NCBI RefSeq assembly: GCF_001194135.2
Contig: NC_068981.1
Span: forward strand, 44,626,697-44,664,657
From: Octopus bimaculoides
Taxonomy: Eukaryota
Reading direction: 5' to 3'
Length of the DNA stretch: 37,961 nucleotides
Positions within the stretch are counted from its first letter, which is position 1. Every line of letters begins with the position of its first letter. The position numbers and the translations under genes were made by a program. The notes under the pieces are model-generated. The model was given only the letters and a program-made list of their open reading frames with translations, was not told the origin of the DNA and did not search any database. This document shows, piece by piece, positions 11,895-24,858 of the stretch.

Positions 11895-12012
11895 ATTTTA
11901 GGGGAGAGGATTAGTCAACAATACTGACCCCAGTGTTCAACTGGCACTCGTTTGGCCGACGCTGAAAGTATAAACATCAAAGTGGACTTCGGCAAGATCT
12001 GAGCTCTAGAAA
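11895..12012 (-). mobile_element. SINE family 2 copy, body, tandem to the previous copy
   Basis: ggggagaggattagtcaac..gaccccagtgttcaactggcac..aaagtggacttcggc matches the family body in reverse. Confidence 0.65.
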
Positions 12013-12446
12013 TAAATAACTGTAAGAATTATCGAACCAAACATACGAAATAGAATAGAAACCACTATTCATACAAACATGTCACAAAACCGATTTGGAT
12101 ACACATAAACACCGATACACATCACATATACACCGTATTTGTTGCGCGCTCTTCCGAGAAAAGGGTTTCAGTTTCCTTTTCCGAAATAATATTACAGCCA
12201 ACGATGAAATTATTACGAAATAGTAATTTCCAAGAAGACGGAAATAAGGATAGTGATTAGATCTTCCTAATATGATAGTATAATATTTTAGAGAAATGAG
12301 AAATGTTTGATATTGTAATTTCATATGGACGCAAGAGTGAATGAAGTTTATTGTAATGCCTTTGGTCGAAGTTCTGTTTCATCGCAATAATATATTATAT
12401 CGTGACTAAGTGCAAAATTTGTAGCAGGTAGGCTTAGATTTATTGT

Positions 12447-12485
<39 letters not shown>

Positions 12486-14066
12486 GAGATATGAGTGACA
12501 GTATTCTACGTTTGTCTCAAAGTTTTTTGGATTAAAATCTGTCATCCTGCTTCATACACCACTTTAGAAAAGAAGTTAAAGAGACAGTGGTGACTTTGAT
12601 AAACAATGTTGATTCTCCAGATTATCTATATAAGACAATCTTGTCATATACATTGAAATGGATCTTTTTCATATATTTTACGTCAAAAATACATCGCTTT
12701 GACACATTAAAAAATAAAAACAAAGAATAATAAAAGAAATAGTCAAATTAATAAACTTTAACGTACATATAGTATAATGGAATTTCAGTGAAATTCAATC
12801 GAGGAATAAATCATCAATAAAAGATAACATGTACATATATATATATATATACAAGTTTTATTTCAATTAGTACTTTTATCTACATTTACTTGCTACGTTT
12901 TTCGTCAGCATGATCAATTGCATCACATAGGTTTTGTTTTTATCACTAGTTTATTCGATATTGTAAAAACATTCGCCTCAAATACGTAGCATATGTGTTT
13001 GTTGATGTATGTACATACACACTATGTCTCTCTCAATCTCTCTCTCTCACACACACGCACATATAGCCATACACACACTCACATATAGCCATACACACAC
13101 TCACATATATACACACACGATGGATAACTGGTTAAAGTGCCGGGGAAATTAATACATTAAATGCTATAAGATATGAAAGAGTGATAATCCTTATAATGTT
13201 CAGAAATGTAAGATTTTCACCCGTAATACCTTGTTGAAGATCATTACCTGACGATGTTTCTATAAAACGGTACAATATTTAAGATGTAGCTATGCACCAT
13301 TGGAACTCTTTCTTGTCAGTTAAAGACATGTCTTAATATTGGGGTGGAGAAGTAATTTATGATATTGGCCGGGCTTTTTATCTTTAATTGGTTTTAATAC
13401 TGGACTATCAGGTTTCAATCAGAAGTTGCTCAGTGGTCAATCCCCCTAACCTTGTGATAAGATACACCTTCTGATGGAAATTTTGGAGGTGATATCTGAA
13501 TAGTACTCCGTTTGGTGGATAGTTCTTTTAATAATACAAATACCCTTGTTTGAATTAGGGGTACTAATTCAACCCACCACTAGAATGCTATTTCATGAAG
13601 ATTGTAATTCACTTGATCAATAGACCCCTGCTTTCTCGTTGAAAGTGATATCCCATTAGTCTGCAAAAGCAATATCCTTTAATTGGTTAAACCAGACAGA
13701 TTTTGTTGACATTTTGAATGCACTGATCTTCTTTGTTGCGTAAAATATATATTTATATTAAAGGGCAATTTTAAATTAAAATTTGACTCTATGTAACATT
13801 AAAAGCCATTTTTATTAACGGCATTACAATTACACATCCCTTGGTATATAGGAAATTCTCATTACAGAGTGTTCATCTACAGTGGCATTTGGGTGGATCC
13901 TTTATTTGCAGCGAATGAGTAATTTTCGGAGTTTAGCTTCTGGGCTATTGATTGAACTTTCGGCAACTGAACATTGCAAGGGATTTATAATGGCACTCAT
14001 GTTATTGTACTTGCTCGTTTCATTTGCGAGTTTATTTTTCCCCATCGATATTAGAGCTTTAATGAC

Positions 14067-14200
14067 GACGGTGAACTGATAGAAACGTTAAGATGCTGGG
14101 CAAAATGCGTCGTTGCATTTCGCCCGCCGCTGGGGTAGATTTTACATTTCATCCTTTCGAAGTCGATAGAATACTTACCAGTGAGCATTAGGATCAATTT
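14067..14200 (+). mobile_element. SINE family 2 copy with internal deletion
   Basis: gacggtgaactgatagaaacgtta..gggcaaaatgc..ttttacatttcatcctttcgaagtcgatagaatacttaccagtgagcat. Confidence 0.7.
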
Positions 14201-14349
14201 AATAAAGTTAGCCACTTCCCACAAAATTACTGATCCTGCCCCAAAATTTGAAATAAATATTAGAGCTATTATACACCAGAAGAGAAGAATCTATTTTGAG
14301 TCAGCTTTCTTTCATTTAATGATAGTTTCAAATCTTGACATAAGACCAG

Positions 14350-14444
14350 CAATATCAGGGAAGTTGAATTCAGAACGTAAAGACGGAGGAAATACTGCGT
14401 AGACATTTTGTCTGGCTTGTTCACAATTCTGCCGACTCACCGCC
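14350..14444 (-). mobile_element. SINE family 2 head
   Basis: Minus strand ggcggtgagtcggcagaattg..gtatttcctccgtctttacgttctgaattcaacttcc, with A- and B-box-like segments. Confidence 0.7.
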
Positions 14445-15534
14445 GTATTTTTTTTAATTTCATATTTGAGACATTACAATGGCTCAAATATATCTCCACT
14501 GTTTTACAAATCAATATCAACAGAAGTAATATTTTCAATATAAATGCCTAAACTGCCATTGCAAGAATTCCAATTTCAATCGTTTCAATCTTATGTTAAT
14601 TTCTAAACACTAGATTACGATGCATGATACCATTTTTTAGTCAAAACCTATGCAGGCTATATATTTAAAAATTCCGGAAAAATGATTTACACGAAAGTTG
14701 AACACATTTAAACATCTGGAAAATTAGATGTTCTTTAACACGATCCAAATATGAGGCTTAAATTAAACCAATATGGATAGGAATGAAGTTTATTGATTCA
14801 AAATCAGGACTTCCAGGCGTTGTATTTGCCGAATACGAATATCATTTAGTTGCAGTTGTTACAGTCTTCACCTCTTGATTATTATTGTGGCGTACATGCA
14901 AACCAAGGCATCGATATTTATCAAAATTCCTTGTGAATTTACTTTCTGTTTAATTCATTCATCATATTTCTGAAAAGAAGTTAATTTATTTAGAGGAATG
15001 AAATTTAGCGCTCATTACTAACAATTTCCAGGCAATATCAGCTTTTATACTTTGCATTATAGAAATGGCATTTGAAAGCATTGCGTGCTTTCAGGTGTGA
15101 ATACATGTCTGTAAATCAATCTTCGATTTCTAATAGAACGCAAGAATGTGTTTTGCAGTTTCTAAGCATTTTGGCAACAATAAAATCTTTATGTACTCAG
15201 GATTATTCATTTTCTGATGCTTGCAAATATAATTTTCTGTGCATATTGTGCTGCAGATTGCCTTCTGCATTTGTTTCAATAACAGATAACGCAGCACTTA
15301 GTGTTACAATGCACGAAGCTTCAGAATCGAACGCAGTATAAATAACATCAAGATTAATAACATTACATACATATTATCATGTTTGTCACTTAACGCAAGT
15401 CTGGTAATTTATGTAACCTAGATATATTTTAGAATGTTCAGCTCATCATACGTTTAAGCTTTTACCTTTCTAGAGGGTAGAGTTAGAGTTGAGGGGAAAA
15501 AAGTAAGGAATATATTCTTTCTTATTTCGACACA

Positions 15535-15685
15535 AGGCCAGCAATTTAAGGAAGAAGGTATAACAATTACATCTTCACTAATACTGAACTGATACTCATT
15601 TCATCGACCTCGAAAGTATGAAAGCAATATCGACCGTAGTGGAATTTGAACTCAAAACCTAAAGTCAGACGAAATACCTCTCAGT
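15535..15685 (-). mobile_element. SINE family 2 copy
   Basis: aggccagcaattt..tcatcgacctcgaaagtatgaaagc..tcgacc..ggaatttgaactcaaaac..gacgaaatacc. Confidence 0.7.
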
Positions 15686-17859
15686 GTTTCACTTTGTATG
15701 GCAATCACTTTGTCAAGTAACTGCCTTTGAAATATGACGAATAAGTTATCAACTTCAATAACTCAGGCAGTTGTACATTCCCAGTAATATTTTTCGGAAT
15801 GTTTTCAAATGAAAGAAGTAGGAATTCACATGATATAAGGACATTAAATATTTACAAAATATTAATAAGAAAATATACGAGCTAAATTCAATATTGTATT
15901 AAATATCAACATTGAAATCCCTCATAATACAACTTCTTTTGCACTGTAATAATCAAAATGAAATTTAAACTGCTTATGTATACTGGACGAAAATTTATTA
16001 GGCAAATTGTCTACTAATTTAGTAAAAGAAATATCTTCTTTATAATAAAACGTCAGTTCCTTTCAAAATCAACCTATATAATTGAATGGTGAAGAGGGCC
16101 ATTGCAATAATTAAATACATACGATATTCTAAATTTAACTTTAAAATCAAATTCATCACCCATCACCTCCTGGTTAATAACTATATTATCTATCTTGAGT
16201 GTTGAACTGAAAAACTTGCTTAAAAGAAAGAAATAAAAAAAAAAACACGTAAAGCTTTGCAGTTACATTTCCAAGATTTTTGTGTTTTGAAATCAAAATT
16301 TTCTCGTAGCTGTTTTACTTAGTCTGCAAATCCTTCATTTTGCAAAATAGGACCTGCTTTCACTTTATGTGATTGGGTAAAGGAAAATGAATTGAAAAAA
16401 AAATGAGTTATATCCATTGATATAAAGATAAAATTCTTCCTTTTCCTCACTAATCTCGGAGTCCCAGTATATCTAATGAGCATTGAAATTCCTTCTTACC
16501 AAGAATATAAAATAAATTCCACACAGATATTTCGAGAATAAAGGGACACAGCCAAATTTGATATAAGCCTACTGCTATATATCCGTTTTCACATAAAATA
16601 TATTCAATATGTGTTGCTTGCTTATAAATTCTAGTCAGTTCTTTATGCTCCTGTCTAAATCAAAGATTATGAGAGAATACTGTTGTATTGGACAACATAT
16701 AATAAAAACGGTCAATAAATCACTATTTTCTTAATATATATTGTTGAGGCACCCGTAATATATATTACAAATCGATAAACAATCCAAGTCTTTTCCACCT
16801 GCATGACTTCCCATATATATCCTGCATATATGGTAGTTCTATTTCATTAATATATGAGTTCATGTTTTGATTCGATTTCGTTATGTATTTTTCCATTGTC
16901 TCTGTTGATGACTTTCATCAATTGTATGGATTACGATAGAACTTTTGTTTGTTGATGGATAATCAAATATTTCGAATGGGAATATTGATCAGCCTCACTC
17001 TATATAGTTTAACGCTACATATTTGGTGATCTATCGCTTAAATGGGCCGTGCATTTCAAATCATCCCACGTTTAATTATATTTTTTTTCTAAATCATCGG
17101 ATTTAATATTTATGTTATACCTGTCAGGTGCTTTAAAAATGTGGATTAATTGTAGTCAATCAATGAGAAAATTATCATATACTCTCGACATGAACATCGT
17201 ATCTACACAGTGCGGCGTTGACCCAAGCATTAATTAAACCTATAAATCCCTCGTGTTGTAAGATAGTAATATTGATAATATCGATTCATGAGATTGTACT
17301 GCTTTCATTAAGATAAATCAAAATTTATTTGCTGTACACAAGCAGCATCGTTGGATTATAGAATTGCGTTTTTTTTTTTACTAATTATAGACAGCCTTAG
17401 CGAAAGCTGTGTGAGAGCTGACGCAAGGTAGTAAATACTATATTTCTTTCGGGCATTCACGGTTTCAACTGAGCAAGCAACCCTCGTATTAAAGGCATTT
17501 AAAACCATAAAGACCCTGTCACTTTGTATACTTCACGCCGCTCCCTGTAAGACGTTAACGTGATATTTCGCTACTGCTTCTTACCAGCTGAAAGAATGCA
17601 ATAATGTTTTTTTGTTAATTAGTGTAAATTCTGTGATTGCATTTAATGATTACAATTTAAAATTCCAATGTATATATAAATTTTTTTAATTATATTCAAA
17701 ATATTATTTGCCATTATGCAAATATAAAAAATAGTATGAACATCATTCGATGGAACCTCAAAATTTATTTTGGTTTATGCACGTAAAAGTCAGCGCGTGA
17801 AATGTAATGCAAGAACCGAATTGGTGTTAAGGATAATACAGCATCGTGAGCATAGTTTG

Positions 17860-18575
17860 AGCGAGGTGATTTGAAATGTACCACCGAAAGCCTGATCATT
17901 CCTGCACGAGAACAGCCTTTTACCAACTAGTCAGTGAAATATACCATCTATAACTTTTCTGACATCCAGAAATAGAGACTGTGGAAAGAGTGTGGAATAT
18001 GCGACCCAATTGGTATGTGGATGCGAGAGCCTTGCACAAAAAGAATACAAGAGACGCCACGATAAAAGGTGTGTGTATCCTCGTTGACACTTATGCCGTA
18101 AATACCAGTATAAAGTAAGAGAGAACTGGCATGAGCATGTACCAAATAAAGTTACACAGGAGGATGGGAAAGTAACTATACTCTGGGACTATGATCTTCA
18201 GACAGATCGTGTGATCGAACACCGTATGCCAGATATTGTCATAATGAATAAGATAGACAAATACTGTCAGATCATTGATGTAGCCATACCAAAGGACATG
18301 AATTTTGTGAATAAAGAGGTTGAAAATATCACCAAATACTCCGAATTGAAAGTGGAACTGGCAAAACTGTATGGAGTGCGAGAGGGTAATGTAAAAGCGA
18401 TACCAGTGGTGATCGGAACGTTGGACTTAATCCCATTGAAACTTCGAGCCTTCGTAAGACAACTGGAGATTCCTTGCAAGAGTGTTGTCTTGCAAAAAGC
18501 AGGGTTATTGGGCACAGCGCACATCTTAAGGAAAGTATTATCTGTCTGAGGTCCTTCTTGGGACTTGACAGATGA
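17860..18575 (+). mobile_element. 5'-truncated R4/Dong-type non-LTR retrotransposon (CCHC + restriction-like endonuclease end)
   Basis: GDLKCTTESLII..EQ, a frameshift near 17975, then CGKSVE..LVCGCESLAQKEYKRRHDK, a stop at 18085-18087, WHEHVP..ILWDYDLQTDRVIEHRMPDIV..IIDVAIP..KY.EL..IPVVIGTL..LQKAGLLGTAHILRKVLSV* (ORF 18211-18549). PD..D endonuclease motif; the LQKA.LLGTAHILRKVL ending is typical of the R4/Dong clade. Confidence 0.88.
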
Positions 18576-20630
18576 GTTAGTGTTACTTTAACTTTAGTTT
18601 ATTTATTCTTCCTTGGAGATAGTCATCTCTCTTTGTTTCTAATTCTCCAAGTCATTTCTGAAACAGATTTCGGTGATATGTACTCCCTCACTACTCTTTT
18701 GCGAACAGAAGTATATTTTGAAAATTTTGTGATGGTTCTGATTTTTTGTTTTTTTTGTTTTCATTGTTTCTGAAGCCGTCAAAAATTCTATGCTACTATA
18801 CCTGGCGAAAGTAGGCATCCTAGGTTCCTCTATTTGTCTCATTGCACTTCTTTCAACCGCAACATGGAATTATCATAGAAAAGTATGGGGCATTCTTCGA
18901 GGGTTAGGCCTGCTATGGTTGTGTTAGTGATCCGATTATACATTATTCTTTATGACATCATATCCCCCAAAAATTATATTCCTATACTGTGTTATGTCGA
19001 CAGTGAGAATACAATGCTGAACTGTTTGAAATATCAAAGAACCTACCTTGGAAATGTGTCTCACCGATTACTGTGAAGTACGTGTATTCCTAATTGCGCA
19101 TCTCAACTGTTACTTACTTCAACCCAATCCAAATATATACTTATATAGAATATCTAATATAACACGGTTGATAATGTTAATCCATTTGCAAAAATCACAC
19201 GACACTATTTGTAAGTGTTGTACTGGTGCAAAGAAAATTGCTATTCGATTAAATAGACGATCTGTTATACACCGAAAATACACCCATCAATTTTCCATCG
19301 AGTTTACATGGAACCGCACAACACTCGGTTTTACTAGAGAGGAAATTGTCATTATTCTTCTTTGTAGTTTCGAAAGCACCAGTTAAGTCATTCCATTTTT
19401 TTTATAACAATGATATCACTTTTACTCATGTGTCAGGTTTCCCCTATGTTCATTCATGCCACTCGCGACGCTCAAGAAGATATACTGTTAATTCTACTCC
19501 GGCAACAATGAAATTCATATTGGTTTCTAATTTCGATGGTTTTAACCTTCCGTTGAGGGTTAAAACCTTCGAGTTTCAACTCAGAAGATGGAGCTTTTTG
19601 CCCAGTGAATCAGTGATTCTGCTAGCTTGCCGTTCTAGCAGTTAAGTTAATATTATAATACGTATTAATGAGTAAAACTGCTGTACTTTCAAAAATGGAT
19701 CATTGTTATGTAACATTACTATTGCTTTTAGGAAAATTTCAATTTCTTATACACAGAGTAGCAATAAAATGCCCAATGAACATTAATGTAGGCACCAAAT
19801 TTTATCTGCCGCAAGAACACATATTACCATCTCATGTGAAATTCGAAGAATCTAAGAAAATAAGAACGTCAAATTTCTATAGCCGTAAAATATGGAAATG
19901 CAATGACACCATGGTGTCGTATGAAATTGAACATTTACCTAGATTATGCTAGGCATTTTGCAAGGTGTAGTGACGCAAAAATCACTAAATGTGTTTTACA
20001 TTTCTAACATTTACGTGTGTACGTACATATGTAAGTTATCCATGAGGAATCTAATTACTATTGAAGATGTAAATCGTGTCATCTAGTTTCCGAACGATGA
20101 AAATGAACACGTAAGTATATTAGTAAAGATATTCATAAATGAACTGTATAAAATCATCTTTCATAAATACTTATACTTCGTAAATTTTCTACCACAGATT
20201 TCAAATAGGGAAAGAAAGTGTCAAAAATAAAAATCCTGAATATTGACGAAATATTTGCTATAAAAGTGAATGTGAAAATATCTACGTCGACCTATTTGCA
20301 GTTTAAAATCACAACATAGAGGGTCGGAAATATATGCAGACAACCACTAAGTCCAGCACTATATCGATTTCATGAACCCTGGAAGGTATTAAAATTATAA
20401 GTTCTATTAAATGTCTAGGCTAAATATGCAATGAAAAGCTTCTAATTTGATTTTAACCAATACATTTTGGGTCAAAGGTAATATATTCATTGTGATACAA
20501 TAGACATAAATCAGTATTTTGCTAAAATCAGACGTACTTTTGTCATTCAAGATTAGCTTATTGATATTATTTTCTATACAAATCATTACCAGTTAAAAAT
20601 ATGAAAACACGAGACTTCGATACTGCAAAT

Positions 20631-20770
20631 AATAATCTGTAGATGTTTACTAAAGTAAAGGTCAGTGTATTATATACGCAATGTATTTATTCATTCGAAT
20701 TCATTCTCATTTTATACCTGCATAATACAGATAAAGGAGGATTATAATAGTAAATAGTAGTCCTTGTATA
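20631..20770 (+). repeat. ~140 bp repeat, copy A
   Basis: Hand alignment to 22588-22729 gives 9 substitutions and one 2-bp indel. Confidence 0.9.
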
Positions 20771-21423
20771 CATATATATATTTACACACATATATGTGCA
20801 TACATATATAAGTGCATATATACATATATATACATATATATGTATGTGTATATATATATACATATATATGTATGTATATATATATACATATATATGTATG
20901 TATATATATATATGCATATATATATATATATATATATATANNNNNNNNNNNNNNNNNNNNNNNNNNNNNNNNNNNNNNNNNNNNNNNNNNNNNNNNNNNN
21001 NNNNNNNNNNNNNNNNNNNNNNNNNNNNNNNNNNNNNNNNNNNNNNNNNNNNNNNNNNNNNNNNNNNNNNNNNNNNNNNNNNNNNNNNNNNNNNNNNNNN
21101 NNNNNNNNNNNNNNNNNNNNNNNNNNNNNNNNNNNNNNNNNNNNNNNNNNNNNNNNNNNNNNNNNNNNNNNNNNNNNNNNNNNNNNNNNNNNNNNNNNNN
21201 NNNNNNNNNNNNNNNNNNNNNNNNNNNNNNNNNNNNNNNNNNNNNNNNNNNNNNNNNNNNNNNNNNNNNNNNNNNNNNNNNNATATGTATACCCCCATCG
21301 AACACACACACACACACACACTTATATATATAATCCAAGTTCAGTATTGATCGTCAGAAGAATATAGACACTTTCTTATTTTAGTCGAATCAATCTCCTG
21401 CTACTCTGAGTTTCATCTGCATT

Positions 21424-21465
<42 letters not shown>

Positions 21466-22587
21466 CGTGTATGTGTGTATGTGTGTGTGTTTATGTGTGC
21501 GTGTGTGTTTTTGTGTGTGTATGTATGTATATATGTATGTATATATATATATATGTATGTATATATATATGTATATCTATATGCATATGCGTGTGTATAT
21601 ATGTATATATGTATGCATATATGTGTATTTACATAGATGCATTCTTCCTTTCATACACACATTTTCTCTCGTTCGCACACGCACACACAAAAGCACATAA
21701 ATGCACACAGACACATACATGTATGTACTTATATTATTAAGAGTATGCGAGGTATTGATAATTTCCATCATGTAGCATCTGAACTAAATATTTTTTCTTT
21801 CTATAAAACATTGTTGGAAATAAATTTCACATTTTATTAAAGAGAAACTCTATTTAGAAATGAAATGGATGTATTTACCTACACATATTTTTAAAGAATT
21901 AATTCACACGTTTTCATTATAAAAACTTCATCATTCATTTATTACAATTCTATGTCATAGGAAGTTGTCATCCTCAGAAGCGTAGTGCCTGATCGTGTAG
22001 GCTCAGCATCAGTAAATGGCAAACCAATAGGCTACATTAACCTGTTATTGGCAACATCGTTCGTTATGCACTCAAAAATTGCTGGCTGTAACAAACACCG
22101 GCTTGTAACCAATAGGTATTCATCCACATTTAATGTTGTCAACCAAGGGATTTTAAATGAATTTACGCTAAGTTAGAATTAGCGTAAATAATAAATTTCA
22201 TTTGTAGTGTTGAAAATGAGAGCAAGGAAATGGAAAACTGAAATGATGTCTACCCAAATAAATACAGAAATTGTTGATGTCCAGTTCACTAATATATGAA
22301 TTATAGAATTCGTAAATGCATTTGTAATCAAAACAGAAACACCATGCCATTCTGTAGCGTTGGAATTTGAATATAATAGGAGAAAATGCAGTAACAAGTG
22401 ACTAGGAGACGGTCCATCACTTAATGAAACCTGCCGTGGATATTTAATTTCGCACTTGGCCCGCATTGAGCTGAAATGCTACACATAAGACACATCTGAA
22501 AATTTGTTTTATTGGCTTGATAGTAATATCGAAAGTAAAAACAAATAACCTTCGGAGATTTCTTTAAGATTTTGTATTGGCATGTTT

Positions 22588-22829
<242 letters not shown>

Positions 22830-23935
22830 CTATGAGGTTATAAACATTTGGACTACTTCTTATCAATTTTATATGTAGATGAAGTTGTATTGCCGTAGTA
22901 TTTTTTAGACCTCGGCAGCTAGACCGACATCAGAAGCGTCCTTAACTGCAGCAATATAAATTGAGAATTTTGCCAGTAAGCATATCCTTGGAGATTTAAT
23001 GAACGTTGTTTAAATATGTTGCAACTAGACTTAGGAACATTAGAAGAATGATTATGATTAACAATATCAACACTTTTCTTCTCGATTTGTGGAAAGCGTC
23101 ATGCATATAAAATAGTAACGTTTTCTTATATTCTATAGCTTGGATTGTTTTGTAATGAGCGCAGAGTTTAGATAGAAACTGAAAATGCAAATTAGCTATT
23201 TCCATTTTTATGGAGAAGAAGAAGATTGGATTAACAGCGGTGATATTGTTTGTGTATGAGTTTATGTATAATTGTCAAGGAATGAGTTTGTATATATTTG
23301 AAGTTATCAATGAATTCTTAGCATTTAACGCCATATTATAAATGGATGCAATAAAACTGAAAATACTTTCGCTTGGGGATAAGAATATTTGTATATTTAT
23401 AGGTAAGATGAATGAGAAATAAATCTTCTTTGTCAACAATTACTTTTATTCTTGTTAAAAGTCATAAACTATCCCACGATGTATCAGCAAAATAATCGAT
23501 ACATTTAGTTCTGGAAAATAGAATTAGGGATTTGAATTTTTACAAAATGATGGCTAATATAATAATAAAATATCCAATGAGTATGTAAAAAGTCGTACTG
23601 CAGCATTTTCACTATGTACGTTATAAAAAGACGAGTACGCACGACCGTAATACACGCAGAATATTGCTGAATAATAAGTTTTTTGAAATGACAAAGAGGG
23701 GAAAGTGAATGCATAGCGCTGACTCTCATACATTCAAATAATAAAAAGAACAGCGGTCACAACATTGAAAACGATGTTTAACTTGTACACATAAGCCACA
23801 ATTAGGGCGAAACTTCGATCTCCATCGCCTCATGATTAGATTTCGGGTGAGTTGTCGTGCCTCTCAATGACTTTCATAGTTCAATATGTGTGTTTGATAT
23901 TGTTTAGACTATCCGTGCCGCTAATTCATACTTGA

Positions 23936-23946
23936 ACACACACACA

Positions 23947-24036
<90 letters not shown>
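23936..24036. repeat. ~100 bp (CA)n microsatellite
   Basis: Read directly from the sequence. Confidence 0.95.
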
Positions 24037-24038
<2 letters not shown>

Positions 24039-24186
24039 ACACGAACACGCACACAAACACACACACATAGATATATATATGAAATATAAATCTTCGTCAA
24101 GAATTACTTTTCTTGTTGTTAAAAGTGATAATCTAACCTACAAAGTATCTACAAAATAATTGATATATTTAGTTGTGCAGAAAACA

Positions 24187-24229
<43 letters not shown>

Positions 24230-24594
24230 TGCGTGTGTGCGTGTGTGTGTGTCTGTGTGTCTCTGTGTGTGTGTGAGTGTATGTCTGTGTTTGTGAGTGT
24301 GTAGGCATGACAAATGAAAATATAAACTATGCCACATATATTTTCATTTGTCTTGCCCGCTTACATTCTGGTGTTTGCTGAATTTTTACAGGAGAGTATA
24401 CTTTTCTCTGTGGTTAGAATGTAGGCGATTTTTTTCTAANNNNNNNNNNNNNNNNNNNNNNNNNNNNNNNNNNNNNNNNNNNNNNNNNNNNNNNNNNNNN
24501 NNNNNNNNNNNNNNNNNNNNNNNNNNNNNNNNNNNNNNNNNNNNNNNNNNNNNNNNNNNNNNNNNNNNNNNNNNNNNNNNNNNNNNNNNNNNNN

Positions 24595-24775
24595 ACGCCA
24601 TGTTGGACCGGTTAACTCTATACTGTTTTATTCTATCACCGTAGTTTTTTATTCACTCTAGAGTTAACCTTTCTGTGGAAGAGCGTAGGCAGGAATCGTA
24701 AAAAAAACTTTTCCATTTTCCCCGAGTTTCAAACTAATACACATGCTTGTTTGTTCTACACATGTCTTCCTCTGT
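24595..24775 (+). mobile_element. Probable Penelope-like pLTR fragment
   Basis: Contains the degenerate hammerhead-like layout ctgtgga-agagc-gtag-gcag-gaatc-gta, as expected of PLE termini. Based on resemblance only. Confidence 0.35.
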
Positions 24776-24821
24776 TATTTTTCTGAAAATTTGAGACACA
24801 TATACGTGTGTGTGTGTGTGT

Positions 24822-24858
<37 letters not shown>

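Noticed and set aside
13048-13110. Short tandem repeat of cacatatagccatacacacact as an array
   Set aside because: About 2.5 adjacent units derived from CA/TA microsatellite, with no spacers; not CRISPR-like.
14173-14440. Minus-strand reading QNVYAVFPPSLRSEF..ILWEVANFIKL..IDFER with a GTAAGT donor, first taken for L1 ORF1 or a kinase exon
   Set aside because: Both ends are SINE sequence (14067-14200 and 14350-14444); the motifs and the donor come from the SINEs.
14590-14640. NGIMHRNL resembling a kinase HRD loop
   Set aside because: No DFG or APE motif at the expected spacing, and stops on both sides.
19668-19952. 94-aa ORF (also 19048-19386 and 19346-19645)
   Set aside because: No recognisable motifs or convincing splice or start context; lengths are plausible by chance.
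23790-23855. gcc..ggc-GAAAC motif and a GG|GTGAGT donor
   Set aside because: The hammerhead core is too degenerate, and the implied 41-nt exon has a poor acceptor and no support.
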